A stretch of DNA of 64,000 bases from Candidatus Microgenomates bacterium (GCA_016204995.1 JACQJR010000001.1:305132-369131); one strand, 5' to 3'. Positions 20,061 through 30,120 are shown, numbered from the stretch's first letter. Program-made: numbers and translations. Notes: generated by a model from the letters alone, not told the origin.

Positions 20061-20323
20061 AATTACCCATATTCTAACACCTAGGGGCGTATAATAGAAG
20101 CAATGCAAGAGACAGAAGAGCTTAAGATTGCCAAACATAATCGCAGGAATAGAAAAGAAGCGGAAAAAGGAGCTCTTATTTATCATCCACCATTACCATA
20201 TATAGATCGTAAACCAAACCGCCGCCAAAAAGATAAAAAAGTTAATTTAATTGTCAAAAAAGCCCGTAAAAAAATTCGTTAATGCTCTTGATTTTTATTT
20301 ACTAATTATTGTAAAATGGAAGT

Positions 20324-20455
20324 ATGGCAGGCGGATACGGCAAAAGACCTCTTTGGCAATGGATTTTAATCTATCTGGTTATCGGCGGCATTATTTATGC
20401 GGCGGTTTATTATTTCTGGCTGGCTCCTAAAGGCGGGTCGCTACCAGGCTACTAA
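20324..20455 (+). CDS. Small single-TM protein, 43 aa (not in the ORF track)
   Basis: MAGGYGKRPLWQWILIYLVIGGIIYAAVYYFWLAPKGGSLPGY. Confidence 0.75.
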   Translation: MAGGYGKRPLWQWILIYLVIGGIIYAAVYYFWLAPKGGSLPGY

Positions 20456-20787
20456 TTCTTTTTTCCTTTAATTTCCGCCAGCAGTTCCTTTTTCAACTCG
20501 GCCACTGCCTCTTTGATTTTCTCCTCAATGTCAATTTCACGAGGTGTTTTTTCTTGTAAGAAAATAATAATTTGCTCATCATAAGGAGTTTGATGAAACT
20601 TTTCCAGAAATTCTTCATGATGCTCGCGAGGCAGATGATCTAAAATACAGCCTAACACCCGATGATGGATGGTTTCGTCAATCAACTGCTGGATTTCTTC
20701 CTTTTCCTCACGTTCCATTTCCAGATTATTTAATTCATCTTCCACCTCATCAATTACAATTAAATGGTCATAAAAAATTTTCGCCAT
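20452..20787 (-). CDS. Acidic, His-rich hypothetical protein
   Basis: 111 aa; FYDHLI..HHRVLGCILDHL. Confidence 0.75.
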   Translation of the reverse strand: MAKIFYDHLIVIDEVEDELNNLEMEREEKEEIQQLIDETIHHRVLGCILDHLPREHHEEFLEKFHQTPYDEQIIIFLQEKTPREIDIEEKIKEAVAELKKELLAEIKGKKN

Positions 20788-20831
20788 AGCTCAAATTCTG
20801 TATATTATCAGAATAAAATAAAATAATTTGC

Positions 20832-21758
20832 TCATGCTTGTTCGGCAATAGCCGGCTTCTTTATTCTATTGTAATCCACCGGTCCAAGCGGCACTTGATT
20901 TTCCGGATCATCCACAAAAAATAAAATGACCGGTCCTTTTTTATAGCGCAGGCCGCCGAGTTCATTCATCACTTCCGGGGAGCCACCAAAGTGTTTACCC
21001 GTCCAGGCGGCCGGTCCGGAATCGGCAATGGCTGCCACCACTGCTCGACCATTATCAGTATTCACAATCATCACTTTACGGTATTTATACCACTCTCGCA
21101 AATAAGGCAAGCGTTTCTGCCAATCCGACAAATAAAGCGTTTGCACTACCGCATACCATTTTTCTTTTTCTACTAAATCGGGAGTCAATTGTGGCTTGGA
21201 ATAGGAAAAGTATCCCCATGCCCCCCGACCTGGTGCCATACCTTCACTCAAAGGCTCGCTATGCTGATTTAAAGTATCGCCGGGAAAACGCCTTAAATGC
21301 TGCTCTGCTCCAATTTTGCCATAAGTGGTATTGAGATGCTCTCCTTCTAAAGTGGCTCTGGCGCGAATGCCAGTCAGTCGCTCCAAAAGAAGTCCGATGG
21401 ACTTTTCTGTCTCGCGATCCAGCGGTTGAATTTTGTCAGGTAGGATTTTGGCCAGTTGATCCTGTAAAAATTGCTGCGGGTCTTCCGGCAAAACTACTCC
21501 CTCGCTGATTAATTTCTCAAAAACCGGAGGAGGAAGCTGTGGAGTTAAATTGCGAGCCGAAGGGCTTGATAAACTCAACGTACCAGCTAAAGCCCCGGCC
21601 GCCAGCATGCGAGCCGAATGATCACGAATTTTCCCTAAGGAGATGGCTTTGTCGGCTAAAAATTTCAGCGCGTGAGGATGTTTTTGGGCGAGTTGACGTT
21701 GCTCTGCTAAATGCTTAAGTTTTAATCTATCGCGTAAATTAGATTGAGCAGTTCTCAT
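20832..21758 (-). CDS. Hypothetical protein with a possible RlpA-like double-psi barrel C-terminus
   Basis: KVMIVNTDNGRAVVAAIADSGP motif; overlaps the gltX stop. Confidence 0.6.
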   Translation of the reverse strand: MRTAQSNLRDRLKLKHLAEQRQLAQKHPHALKFLADKAISLGKIRDHSARMLAAGALAGTLSLSSPSARNLTPQLPPPVFEKLISEGVVLPEDPQQFLQDQLAKILPDKIQPLDRETEKSIGLLLERLTGIRARATLEGEHLNTTYGKIGAEQHLRRFPGDTLNQHSEPLSEGMAPGRGAWGYFSYSKPQLTPDLVEKEKWYAVVQTLYLSDWQKRLPYLREWYKYRKVMIVNTDNGRAVVAAIADSGPAAWTGKHFGGSPEVMNELGGLRYKKGPVILFFVDDPENQVPLGPVDYNRIKKPAIAEQA

Positions 21759-23032
21759 AAATTAACAGCACGATTAATTCTCGCTAAAGTTTTTTCTTTA
21801 CCCAAAATTACCATTGATTCTACAATCGGCGGGGTCACTCTTTGGCCAGTTAAAGCCAGCCTTAAACTCATAAAAAAATCGCCGGTTTTAAATTTATTTT
21901 TCTCCACTATTTTTAGCAAAAAATCTTGTAATTTATCAAGCTGCCATTCACTTTCCTCCATCACCTTTAATGCTTCCTTTAAGTGCCCAAGAGCCAAATT
22001 GCCAAATTGCCCCTTTTCTATTTTTGGCTCTTCAAAAAAAAAACCCGCCAAATTCATATAATCTGATAATTTTTTAATCCTCTCACGAACCAGGGGGATT
22101 GTTTTTTCAATCAGCTCTTGAGGATATTTTTTGTCTAAGTATTCCCAAATTCTCAATTGTAAATTCTCAATTGTCAATTTCCTGATCCATTCCCCGTTAA
22201 GCCATTCCAGCTTCTTAACATCAAAAACCGGCGAAGCTAAATTGATATCTTTTAAATCAAATTCATTGATCATTTCCTCCAGAGTTAATATTTCGCGACC
22301 AGAAGGAGGTGACCAGCCTAACAAAGCCATAAAATTTAAAAGCGCTTCTCTTAAATATCCTTCTTGGCGAAATTCCAAAACAGATTTAGCACCGTGGCGC
22401 TTAGACAACTTGCTTTTGTCAACACCTAACAGAAGTGGCAAATGGACAAATTGCGGCAATTCCCAACCAAAAGCTTGGTATAACATAATATGTTTAGGGA
22501 CGGAAGAAATCCATTCACCGCCGCGGATCACATGACTAATTTTCATTAAATGATCATCCACCACGTTGGCCAAATGATAAGTGGGGAAACCATCGGATTT
22601 TAAAATGACAAAATCTTCCTGGGTGCTGTTATCAAATTCAATAGTTTTATTACCCGCCAGATCCACCCAACCAGTTTTTCCTTCTTTGTTGGTTTTAAAT
22701 CTTATCGCTCCATTATCCTCATAAGCTATACCCTTTTTCACTAGCTCGTCTGCATACTGGCGATAAATCTCTTTTCTCTCTGATTGAATATAGGGGGCAA
22801 AAGAACCACCGATATCCGGCCCTTCATCATAATCTAGCCCCAACCAATGTAAAGTTTCATAAATTTTCGCGACTGATTCTGGTACCAACCTTTCCCGATC
22901 AGTATCTTCCAGCCTTAAAATAAACTTCCCTTTGTTTTTACGGGCAAACAAAAAATTGAAAAGAGCCGACCAGGTATTGCCAATATGGGGAATGCCGGTG
23001 GGCGAGGGTGCAGTCCGAACTCTAATTTCCAT
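21755..23032 (-). CDS. gltX: Glutamate--tRNA ligase
   Basis: APSPTGIPHIGN (HIGH-like), LRLEDTD, KLSKR. Confidence 0.98.
   Translation of the reverse strand: MEIRVRTAPSPTGIPHIGNTWSALFNFLFARKNKGKFILRLEDTDRERLVPESVAKIYETLHWLGLDYDEGPDIGGSFAPYIQSERKEIYRQYADELVKKGIAYEDNGAIRFKTNKEGKTGWVDLAGNKTIEFDNSTQEDFVILKSDGFPTYHLANVVDDHLMKISHVIRGGEWISSVPKHIMLYQAFGWELPQFVHLPLLLGVDKSKLSKRHGAKSVLEFRQEGYLREALLNFMALLGWSPPSGREILTLEEMINEFDLKDINLASPVFDVKKLEWLNGEWIRKLTIENLQLRIWEYLDKKYPQELIEKTIPLVRERIKKLSDYMNLAGFFFEEPKIEKGQFGNLALGHLKEALKVMEESEWQLDKLQDFLLKIVEKNKFKTGDFFMSLRLALTGQRVTPPIVESMVILGKEKTLARINRAVNL
22147..22180 (-). repeat. In-frame heptamer array in gltX
   Basis: aaattct-caattgt-aaattct-caattgt-caattt; encodes KLTIENLQLRI. 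Confidence 0.85.
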
Positions 23033-23072
23033 CCTAATTGAATTCTAGCATGTCACATCATATACTCAAAGT

Positions 23073-24113
23073 ATGCAGACCTTAACAGAGACTGCTTATT
23101 GGTCCAGAAATGCCATCAAATACGGTATAGCCTTCGTGCTCTTTTTAATTCTGGCCCGGGTGGCCTGGCAGGTGGGCTTTGGGGTTTATCGCCATTTTTT
23201 TCCCGCCCCGCCGCCTAAACCGACTGTGCTTTATGGCAAATTGCCCGAGCTACGTTTCCCGGAAATTGCCACTACCCCTTTGACTTATACCCTGGAAACG
23301 CCGGAAGGTAACTTACCTCAAACCGCCACTATTATGACTGTCTATGTCCAACCCCGACCCCACTCCTCGCTGGTGGCTTTGGATGAAGCGCGTACCACGG
23401 CCCGCCGGTTGGGTTTTGACGGCACAGAAGAAGCTATCTCTCCCAATTTGTACCGGTTTAGTAAAAAAGACAGTCCGGCCAGACTAGAAATGAATATTAT
23501 TACCGGCGCTTTTTCTTTAGGCTATGATCTAAATGCCGATCCCACACCCCTCACAAGTCGCGCGCCCAGCGGGGAAGTGGCGGCGGCCACCATTCGCTCC
23601 TTTTTATCCGGCGCCAATTTATATCCGGCAGACTTTACTAAAGGTAAAACCGTAGTTACTTTTTTGAAAAATAGTGATGGTAAATTAAGCGACGCTCTAT
23701 CTCTGTCTGACGCCAATTTTGTCCGGGTGGATTTTTTCCGAGAAAATTATAATGAAATTCCCATCATCACCGGCTCTGGCAAACAAGGTAATATTTGGTT
23801 TTTGGTCAGTGGCAGTAGCCGCAATAATATTCTGACTGGCGTCTATCGTTATTTTAAAGTTAACCTTGACGATTCATCTACTTATCCCTTAAAGACTAGC
23901 CAAGAGGCTTGGGACGAGCTAAAAAACGGGTCGGGTAAAATTGCGAGCCCCGGGGCAATCGGCAACAATAATGTCGTTATTCGCCGGGTTTATCTGGCCT
24001 ATTACGATGATGACCAGCCCCAGGATTTTTTCCAACCGGTTTTCGTTTTTGAAGGAGATAATGGCTTTTTAGCCTATGTACCGGCCGTGGCCAGCGGATA
24101 TTACGGAAAGTAA
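23073..24113 (+). CDS. Membrane-anchored conserved hypothetical protein
   Basis: 346 aa, N-terminal TM, C-terminal YLAYYD..QPVFVFEG. Confidence 0.8.
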   Translation: MQTLTETAYWSRNAIKYGIAFVLFLILARVAWQVGFGVYRHFFPAPPPKPTVLYGKLPELRFPEIATTPLTYTLETPEGNLPQTATIMTVYVQPRPHSSLVALDEARTTARRLGFDGTEEAISPNLYRFSKKDSPARLEMNIITGAFSLGYDLNADPTPLTSRAPSGEVAAATIRSFLSGANLYPADFTKGKTVVTFLKNSDGKLSDALSLSDANFVRVDFFRENYNEIPIITGSGKQGNIWFLVSGSSRNNILTGVYRYFKVNLDDSSTYPLKTSQEAWDELKNGSGKIASPGAIGNNNVVIRRVYLAYYDDDQPQDFFQPVFVFEGDNGFLAYVPAVASGYYGK

Positions 24114-25000
24114 ACTGCTGCTAATGGTTCTTGCCACTGGTGAGTCCGGTAAACCCAATCAATTAAAGCTTTAGTATCACCAAATCTATCTTGCGACCCC
24201 AAAACCACGATCAAAACTGATCCGCCATCCCGCTTGACATAAGTCACCAGCGCTTCACCGCCCTCATCGGTTTTGCCGGTTTTTACTCCTATCACTCCCG
24301 GCACTGTACCGAGTAGTATATTTAAGTTGAACAAATCATGAAGTTGACCTGTCTGCGAGGTAACTAGTTCATGCCGGGTGGCCACAATTTGAGCTAGCAC
24401 CGAATTAGCCATGGCAAAATTAGCTAATCTTGCCAAATCCTGGGCGCTTGATTGATGACCGGGCATAAAAATGCCGGTGGGATTTAAAAAATGAGTCTGG
24501 GCTAAATGTAAATCAACCGCTTTTTCATTCATAGCGGCGATAAAAGCCTCGCGGCCGCCGCTGAAATGGCTGGCCAAAACTTCCCCGGCATCATTAGCCG
24601 AAAAAATCAGTAACCCTTGCAGTAAATTTTCAATGGTCAATTGCTCACCCCATATTAAATTCATTTTTTGACCAGTCACCTTAATTTTGGGAACTGTTAC
24701 CACTTCTTGTAAATTGTAATTATCCAAAGCTACTAAAGCCGTCATTATTTTAGTAGTAGAGGCAGGAGCTAAAGGTATGTCGCCGTTTTTATCGTATAAC
24801 ACCACTGCCGATAGAGGATCATAAATAAAGGCGGCTTGGGCGGAAATTTTAGGCACTGGTTCATTGTTGGCAATAGGAATTGCAGCTACCGGAACTTCTA
24901 CATCTAACTTCCGCGGAAATTTTTCCAAAGGAGTTACCAAAACACTGGTGCTAGTTAAAAGCAATACCAAAAAAGCCAATGGAAAGATGGGCAGTTTCAC
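24101..25000 (-). CDS. D-alanyl-D-alanine carboxypeptidase (peptidase S11)
   Basis: ASTTK (SxxK), SAN (SxN), KTG. Confidence 0.95.
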   Translation of the reverse strand: MKLPIFPLAFLVLLLTSTSVLVTPLEKFPRKLDVEVPVAAIPIANNEPVPKISAQAAFIYDPLSAVVLYDKNGDIPLAPASTTKIMTALVALDNYNLQEVVTVPKIKVTGQKMNLIWGEQLTIENLLQGLLIFSANDAGEVLASHFSGGREAFIAAMNEKAVDLHLAQTHFLNPTGIFMPGHQSSAQDLARLANFAMANSVLAQIVATRHELVTSQTGQLHDLFNLNILLGTVPGVIGVKTGKTDEGGEALVTYVKRDGGSVLIVVLGSQDRFGDTKALIDWVYRTHQWQEPLAAVYFP

Positions 25001-26317
25001 TTAAACCTTCTTTAGTCTCACGTCTACCCGCTCCATGTCGCGAGGAAACAGAGAAGCCTCCCGAATGTTAGCCAGGTTTAAAATTCCTTGTGTGATTCGC
25101 TCCGATCCAAAAGAAAAGCCGCCTTCGGGCGGCATGCCAAAGCGAAAGGCCTGCAGATAGAGCTCGCTTTTGGCAATATCTACTCCACGACCTTTGGCTC
25201 GCTCTTCCAGTTCTGCCAAATTATTCACTCTTTGTCCGCCAGTCAGCCACTCTACTCCGCGGCCGATTAAATCAAAACTTAAAGTGTAACCGGGATCATC
25301 CGGATCCTCAAAAGTGTAAAAAGGCCGCTTGCTTAGAGGATAGTGACTGACAAAGACTAAATCAGATTGATGGACATCACTACTCCAACGGCAAATTTCC
25401 CGCTCGTCTTCCGGCGACAAATCGGGTTCATTGCGCGCGTCCCGGCCAGTTCTTTTGAAAATTATCTCTTGGGCTTCTCTTAATTTAACTCGCGGAATAT
25501 TTTTGGCTATTTGCGGCACTGTTACATTATAAAGTTTTAAAATATCCGCGCAGTCTTTCTCCACCCGGCTAAAAATTGATTTAATGAGATATTCTGCCAT
25601 CTCCATTAATTCCTCCCAGGAATCAATAAAACCAAATTCTGCGTCCAGTGTGGTCACTTCAGTTAAATGGCGGGTAGTCACCGAAGGTTCGGCCCGCAAA
25701 GTTTTATTGACGGCAAAGACCCGCTCATAAACCCCCACTAAAATTTGTTTGTAAAATTGAGGGCTCTGGGACAAAAAGGCCTTATGACCAAAGTAATCTA
25801 CGGCAAAAACTTCGGCTCCGCCTTCAGCGGTTTGGGGAATAATCACCGGCGCCTGAAATTCGGTGAAATCTTTTTTCTGTAAAGATACCCGAAATTCATC
25901 AATCACTGCTTCCTGCACTTTAAAAATAGGCGCAATTTGGGAGTGACGCAAAGAAAGTGCACGCCAATCTAAAAGAGTTGGCAACTCTAAGTTAAGCTCA
26001 GGCCCACCCATATCAAAAGGTAATTCTGTAGCTTTAGCTAAAATTTTAACAACGCTTGCGGCAATTTCTATCTCGCCACTGGAAATTTGTTTATTTTCAC
26101 TACCAGCCGGTCTTTTCTTTACCTCACCAGTCACTTCTACTACATCCTGTTGAGAAAGATGTATATTGGAGGCGGTCACTACTTGAACTATGCCTGACCT
26201 GTCTTTTAAATCAAAAAATTTAATCTTACCGTGATCGCGAGTGGTGACTACCCAACCTGCCAGCCTTACCTCTTGGCCTATTTTACCTATAACCTGATTC
26301 GTCAAAGTTCGCTGCAT
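25001..26317 (-). CDS. aspS: Aspartate--tRNA ligase, short archaeal-like, probably non-discriminating
   Basis: AEGGAEVF, LSQSPQFYKQ, GGQR, GMPPEGGFSFGSER, FPRD. Confidence 0.93.
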   Translation of the reverse strand: MQRTLTNQVIGKIGQEVRLAGWVVTTRDHGKIKFFDLKDRSGIVQVVTASNIHLSQQDVVEVTGEVKKRPAGSENKQISSGEIEIAASVVKILAKATELPFDMGGPELNLELPTLLDWRALSLRHSQIAPIFKVQEAVIDEFRVSLQKKDFTEFQAPVIIPQTAEGGAEVFAVDYFGHKAFLSQSPQFYKQILVGVYERVFAVNKTLRAEPSVTTRHLTEVTTLDAEFGFIDSWEELMEMAEYLIKSIFSRVEKDCADILKLYNVTVPQIAKNIPRVKLREAQEIIFKRTGRDARNEPDLSPEDEREICRWSSDVHQSDLVFVSHYPLSKRPFYTFEDPDDPGYTLSFDLIGRGVEWLTGGQRVNNLAELEERAKGRGVDIAKSELYLQAFRFGMPPEGGFSFGSERITQGILNLANIREASLFPRDMERVDVRLKKV

Positions 26318-26346
26318 TAACTAAATATACTTCAAAACACTCCCTC

Positions 26347-26376
26347 TTGACAACTTTTTTCAGGCTGACCTATAAT
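26347..26376 (+). promoter_or_regulatory. Consensus sigma70 promoter
   Basis: TTGACA-18 nt-TATAAT. Confidence 0.75.
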
Positions 26377-26441
26377 TGTGACGTACTGCTTAAACCAATT
26401 CGCCGATAGGGGCGGATTTTTTTCGGCCACGAAGCGGAATT

Positions 26442-26720
26442 ATGGGTAAGTCTAAAGAGTACGATCATTACGATAGAATCGTCACAGACCAGGAAGCTAA
26501 AAACCACGCGATAGAGAGTAGTCTGGAAACTTTGCAGGAAGTATGGCGGGCAGCAGGAGTACCTGAAGAAGATATTAGTAGATTAACGGAGATATATCGT
26601 GCTCCCAAACCACGGGAGGTCTTAAAATCAATGCTGCAAGTAGCCGATGACTTAACTAGAAGTCAAATTAAAGCACGCAGTCATGACCAATTATTTGACT
26701 TGGATATCCCGCAGTTTTAG
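26442..26720 (+). CDS. Hypothetical protein
   Basis: 92-aa ORF downstream of a consensus promoter. Confidence 0.55.
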   Translation: MGKSKEYDHYDRIVTDQEAKNHAIESSLETLQEVWRAAGVPEEDISRLTEIYRAPKPREVLKSMLQVADDLTRSQIKARSHDQLFDLDIPQF

Positions 26721-28367
26721 TTGTAATCTTTTATTTCCACTCCAAGTATCAATTCCCACGGTATAGGCAATATCTACTTTTTTATCAGGAGATAGTTTTC
26801 CACACATTTCTCCCATCCCAAATCCAATCGCTTCCATAGGTTGTTGGGCTGTTAGACTATTAGGCTCTTGGGAAATGGTAAGTTTAAGATGTTGACGATC
26901 ACCTCCTACTAAACGAGCATCATCTACCATCACGCCGCAGGTAGCAAATACTGGCTCGGGATTGCCGATACCAAAGGGAGCAAACTTCATAACTTCCCTT
27001 GTTAATTTTTCATTTACAGATTCCAGAGGAATCTCGCAATCTATTTTTAATTTAGGTAGAGAAATTTCCTCCGTTAAAATATTCACCGTCTCTTTCTGTA
27101 AAACTTCTGCCAATAAACTAATGCTTTCTGTTTTAACTGTAAAACCAGCCGCCATCGGATGCCCCCCGCCTTCCACTAAAAATTCCCGGCCCTTTTCTAA
27201 TAATTCCACAATATTAAAACCGGTAATGGAGCGGGCCGAACCGCGCGATAACTCTGCACCTTTAGCAATGACCATAGCCGGACGATTAAATTGCTCAACT
27301 AATCTCGAAGCTACCAGACCCACTATTCCTTCATGATAAGTTTCATGAGCCACAAAAATTAACTTTTGGCCATCAACTTGAGTTTGAGCATGCGTCCAAG
27401 CTTCTACTACCATTTGTTGTCTTTGAATATTAGTTTGATTAAGACGCTGGGCAAGTAACCTTGCTTGAGCACTGTTTTTAGTACACAGCAGACGCAACGA
27501 ATCCAGAGCGTTTTCCAGCCGACCCATGGCGTTAAGCCTGGGCGCCAGAATAAAACCGATATCATAAGTACCTAAATCCTTTTGCGGCCGGCCTGCTACT
27601 TCAAAAAGAGCCATAATTCCTAATCTTTTAGTTCTCTGCAACACCGGCAGGCCATGATAGACCAAAGAGCGGGCCACACCAACCAACGGGATCATGTCAG
27701 CTATCGTGGCCAGAGCCGCCAATCCTAACCAATCATCAGCAATTTTCAATTTTAAATTTTCAATTTTCAATTCCCGCGCCAGCAGATAAGCAACTCCTGC
27801 ACCTGAAATAGAAACAGTGTGTAGAATAGAATAGGCCTTCGGCTTAGTCTGGCGCGGCAAGTGATGATCGGTAATAATAACGTCAATTCCAAGTTCCTTG
27901 GCGGTATCTACTTTTTCATGGGCCACAATACCGTTATCAACGGTAATAATTAAACCAACTGTTGGATCTTCCTCTTTTAATTGCTTCATCCGGGCAATAT
28001 TTAATCCATAACCTTCGGTCCGGCGCTCTGGAATAAAAGGTAAGGCGTTGACGCCGCTGTAATAAAGCGCTTCCCAAAGAATAGCTGCCCCGCAAATTCC
28101 ATCAGCATCATAATCCCCCCACACGATTACTTTCTCTTTACTCTTTTTAGCCTGTTTAATTCGCTCTACTGTTTTTTTCAACTGAATAGGATCAATTCCA
28201 AACTTCTCTGCAGTTAGCTTATCTGGATGAATCGGCTGAAAAAATTCCTCCTTCTGGCTGGCGGTTTTTATTCCCCGATTCTCCAACAGAATTTTAATTA
28301 TTTCTTCAACTTTTAATTTTGCACTTTGACCTTTTAACTTATTTAATATCTCCCACTTTTTCGCCAT
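26691..28367 (-). CDS. recJ: Single-stranded DNA exonuclease RecJ (start corrected to 28367)
   Basis: GDYDADG, TVDNG, TDHH, PRLNAMGRL, GGHPMAAG; SD AAGGAG before MAKKW. Confidence 0.97.
   Translation of the reverse strand: MAKKWEILNKLKGQSAKLKVEEIIKILLENRGIKTASQKEEFFQPIHPDKLTAEKFGIDPIQLKKTVERIKQAKKSKEKVIVWGDYDADGICGAAILWEALYYSGVNALPFIPERRTEGYGLNIARMKQLKEEDPTVGLIITVDNGIVAHEKVDTAKELGIDVIITDHHLPRQTKPKAYSILHTVSISGAGVAYLLARELKIENLKLKIADDWLGLAALATIADMIPLVGVARSLVYHGLPVLQRTKRLGIMALFEVAGRPQKDLGTYDIGFILAPRLNAMGRLENALDSLRLLCTKNSAQARLLAQRLNQTNIQRQQMVVEAWTHAQTQVDGQKLIFVAHETYHEGIVGLVASRLVEQFNRPAMVIAKGAELSRGSARSITGFNIVELLEKGREFLVEGGGHPMAAGFTVKTESISLLAEVLQKETVNILTEEISLPKLKIDCEIPLESVNEKLTREVMKFAPFGIGNPEPVFATCGVMVDDARLVGGDRQHLKLTISQEPNSLTAQQPMEAIGFGMGEMCGKLSPDKKVDIAYTVGIDTWSGNKRLQLKLRDIQVK
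26843..26874 (-). repeat. In-frame degenerate octamer array in recJ
   Basis: Coding strand CAAGAGCC-TAATAGTC-TAACAGCC-CAACAACC; encodes SQEPNSLTAQQP. Confidence 0.75.
27741..27772 (-). repeat. In-frame heptamer array in recJ
   Basis: aattttc-aatttta-aattttc-aattttc-aatt; encodes LKIENLKLKI. Confidence 0.9.
28304..28338 (-). repeat. Degenerate heptamer array in the recJ N-terminus
   Basis: cttcaac-ttttaat-tttgcac-tttgacc-ttttaac; encodes LKGQSAKLKVE. Confidence 0.65.
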
Positions 28368-28398
28368 TTTGTCTCCTTCAATGTATAATAACATAGAG

Positions 28399-29778
28399 AT
28401 GAAATCTAACTTACCTTCTTTTGTCATTGATATTATCCAGAAATTCCAAAAGGCTAACCTTGAAATTTATATTGTGGGTGGAGCAGTCCGTGATTTACTA
28501 ACCAAACGAGAAGTCAAAGATTGGGATTTAACGACCAATGCCACGCCAGAAAAAATTCTAGAACTTTTCCCCCATGCTTTTTACGATAATAAATTTGGGA
28601 CTGTCGGCATTCCTCTTACCCAAGAGCCTAAAAACCCAATAGCCAAACAGCCTATTATTGAAGTAACTACTTTTAGAAGCGAGGAGGCTTATTCTGACCG
28701 CCGCCATCCGGATAAAGTTATTTGGGGAAAAACTCTCGCGGAAGATTTAACCCGCCGCGACTTCACCATCAACTCCATTGCCTTATCACCCATAACCCAT
28801 AACTCCGAACCCATAACTATTATAGACCCTTTCCATGGCCAAAAAGATTTGAAAAATAAAATTATTCGGGCTGTGGGTAATCCCCAGGAAAGATTTTCCG
28901 AAGATAGCTTACGGATGATGCGAGCAGTTAGGATTGCGGCCGAACTGGGTTTTACCATTGAGGAGAAAACTTTTCAAGCTATTAAAAATAATGTGCCGCT
29001 AATTCATAAAATCTCGGCTGAAAGAATTAGAGATGAATTATTTAAATTACTAGCTAGTTCTTTTCCGTACGAAGGAGTAGTTATGTTAAGAACCACTGGA
29101 TTAATGGCTGAAATTTTGCCAGAGGTAGAAAAAGGCTTTGGCGTACCGCAAAAAAGCCCAGGCCGGCATCATGTGGTAGATGTAGGCACACATCTTCTTT
29201 ATTCACTACGTTATTGTCCCTCTAAAGATTCATTGGTACGTCTGGCTGCCTTATTACATGACGTAGGCAAACCGCAAACTTTTAGAAAAGATAGCAAAAC
29301 AGAACTTATTACTTTTTATAATCATGAAGTGGTGGGCGGCCATATTGTCAAAACCATTGCCGACCGATTGAAATTATCCAATAAAGATAAAGATAAATTA
29401 TTCTTACTGGTGCGCTGGCATTTGTTTACCGTGGACGAACGTCAAACTGATTCAGCTATCAAACGTTTCATTAGAAATGTCGGTCCGGAAAATTTATTAG
29501 ACATTTTGGCTGTCAGAACCGGCGACCGGCTGGGTGGAGGCGCCACTGAAACTTCCTGGCGTCTGGATTTATTTAAAAAACGTTTAATAGAAGTCCAAAA
29601 ACAACCGTTTTCTATTAAAGACTTAAAAATTAATGGCAATGATGTGATGCGCGAACTTAAAATCCCTTCTGGTCCGCAAGTCGGCAAAATTTTAAATCAA
29701 CTCTTTGCCGAAGTTGACTCCGGTGCCTTAAAAAACACCAAAGAAGAATTAATGAAAAGTGTAAAGGAGTTAATTTGA
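28399..29778 (+). CDS. cca: CCA tRNA nucleotidyltransferase with HD domain (start corrected to 28399)
   Basis: VGGAVRD..DWD, RRDFTINS, RFSEDSLRMMR, LLHDVGK. Confidence 0.93.
   Translation: MKSNLPSFVIDIIQKFQKANLEIYIVGGAVRDLLTKREVKDWDLTTNATPEKILELFPHAFYDNKFGTVGIPLTQEPKNPIAKQPIIEVTTFRSEEAYSDRRHPDKVIWGKTLAEDLTRRDFTINSIALSPITHNSEPITIIDPFHGQKDLKNKIIRAVGNPQERFSEDSLRMMRAVRIAAELGFTIEEKTFQAIKNNVPLIHKISAERIRDELFKLLASSFPYEGVVMLRTTGLMAEILPEVEKGFGVPQKSPGRHHVVDVGTHLLYSLRYCPSKDSLVRLAALLHDVGKPQTFRKDSKTELITFYNHEVVGGHIVKTIADRLKLSNKDKDKLFLLVRWHLFTVDERQTDSAIKRFIRNVGPENLLDILAVRTGDRLGGGATETSWRLDLFKKRLIEVQKQPFSIKDLKINGNDVMRELKIPSGPQVGKILNQLFAEVDSGALKNTKEELMKSVKELI
28621..28652 (+). repeat. In-frame octamer array in cca
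   Basis: CAAGAGCC-TAAAAACC-CAATAGCC-AAACAGCC; encodes QEPKNPIAKQP. Confidence 0.8.
28791..28818 (+). repeat. In-frame heptamer array in cca
   Basis: cataacc-cataact-ccgaacc-cataact; encodes ITHNSEPIT. Confidence 0.8.
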
Positions 29779-29814
29779 CATCACAGAATAGTCATTTTAT
29801 ACTGTAAATCACTA

Positions 29815-30120
29815 ATGGAAATTGATCGGCCGCTTCCCCCGGAAATGCGCAGGCTAATAGAATTATTTGGCCTGGACATTTTTGAAGATTTACAAAACCT
29901 TAAAAAGAATATTGAATTTGTAGAAGCAAATCATACTAGCCTATTAGCAGAGTATCCTGAAAAATGGGTGGTAATTTATCAGCAAGAGGTGATTGGAGCA
30001 GGGTCAGATATTTCTCAAACCATAGAGCTAGTTAAAAGCAAAAACATTTCACCAGGAAAAACCTACATTAGATTCCTCACTAAACAGCCAATCACTCTGA
30101 TCTTACCTTCTCTTAATTAA
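29815..30120 (+). CDS. DUF5678-like small protein
   Basis: LLAEYPEKWVVIYQQEVIGAG; own promoter TTGACA(29775)-17-TATACT. Confidence 0.7.
   Translation: MEIDRPLPPEMRRLIELFGLDIFEDLQNLKKNIEFVEANHTSLLAEYPEKWVVIYQQEVIGAGSDISQTIELVKSKNISPGKTYIRFLTKQPITLILPSLN

Noticed and set aside
28369-28427. Apparent head-to-head overlap of recJ and cca in the ORF track
   Set aside because: This is an artefact of longest-ORF starts; better starts at 28367 and 28399 remove the overlap.
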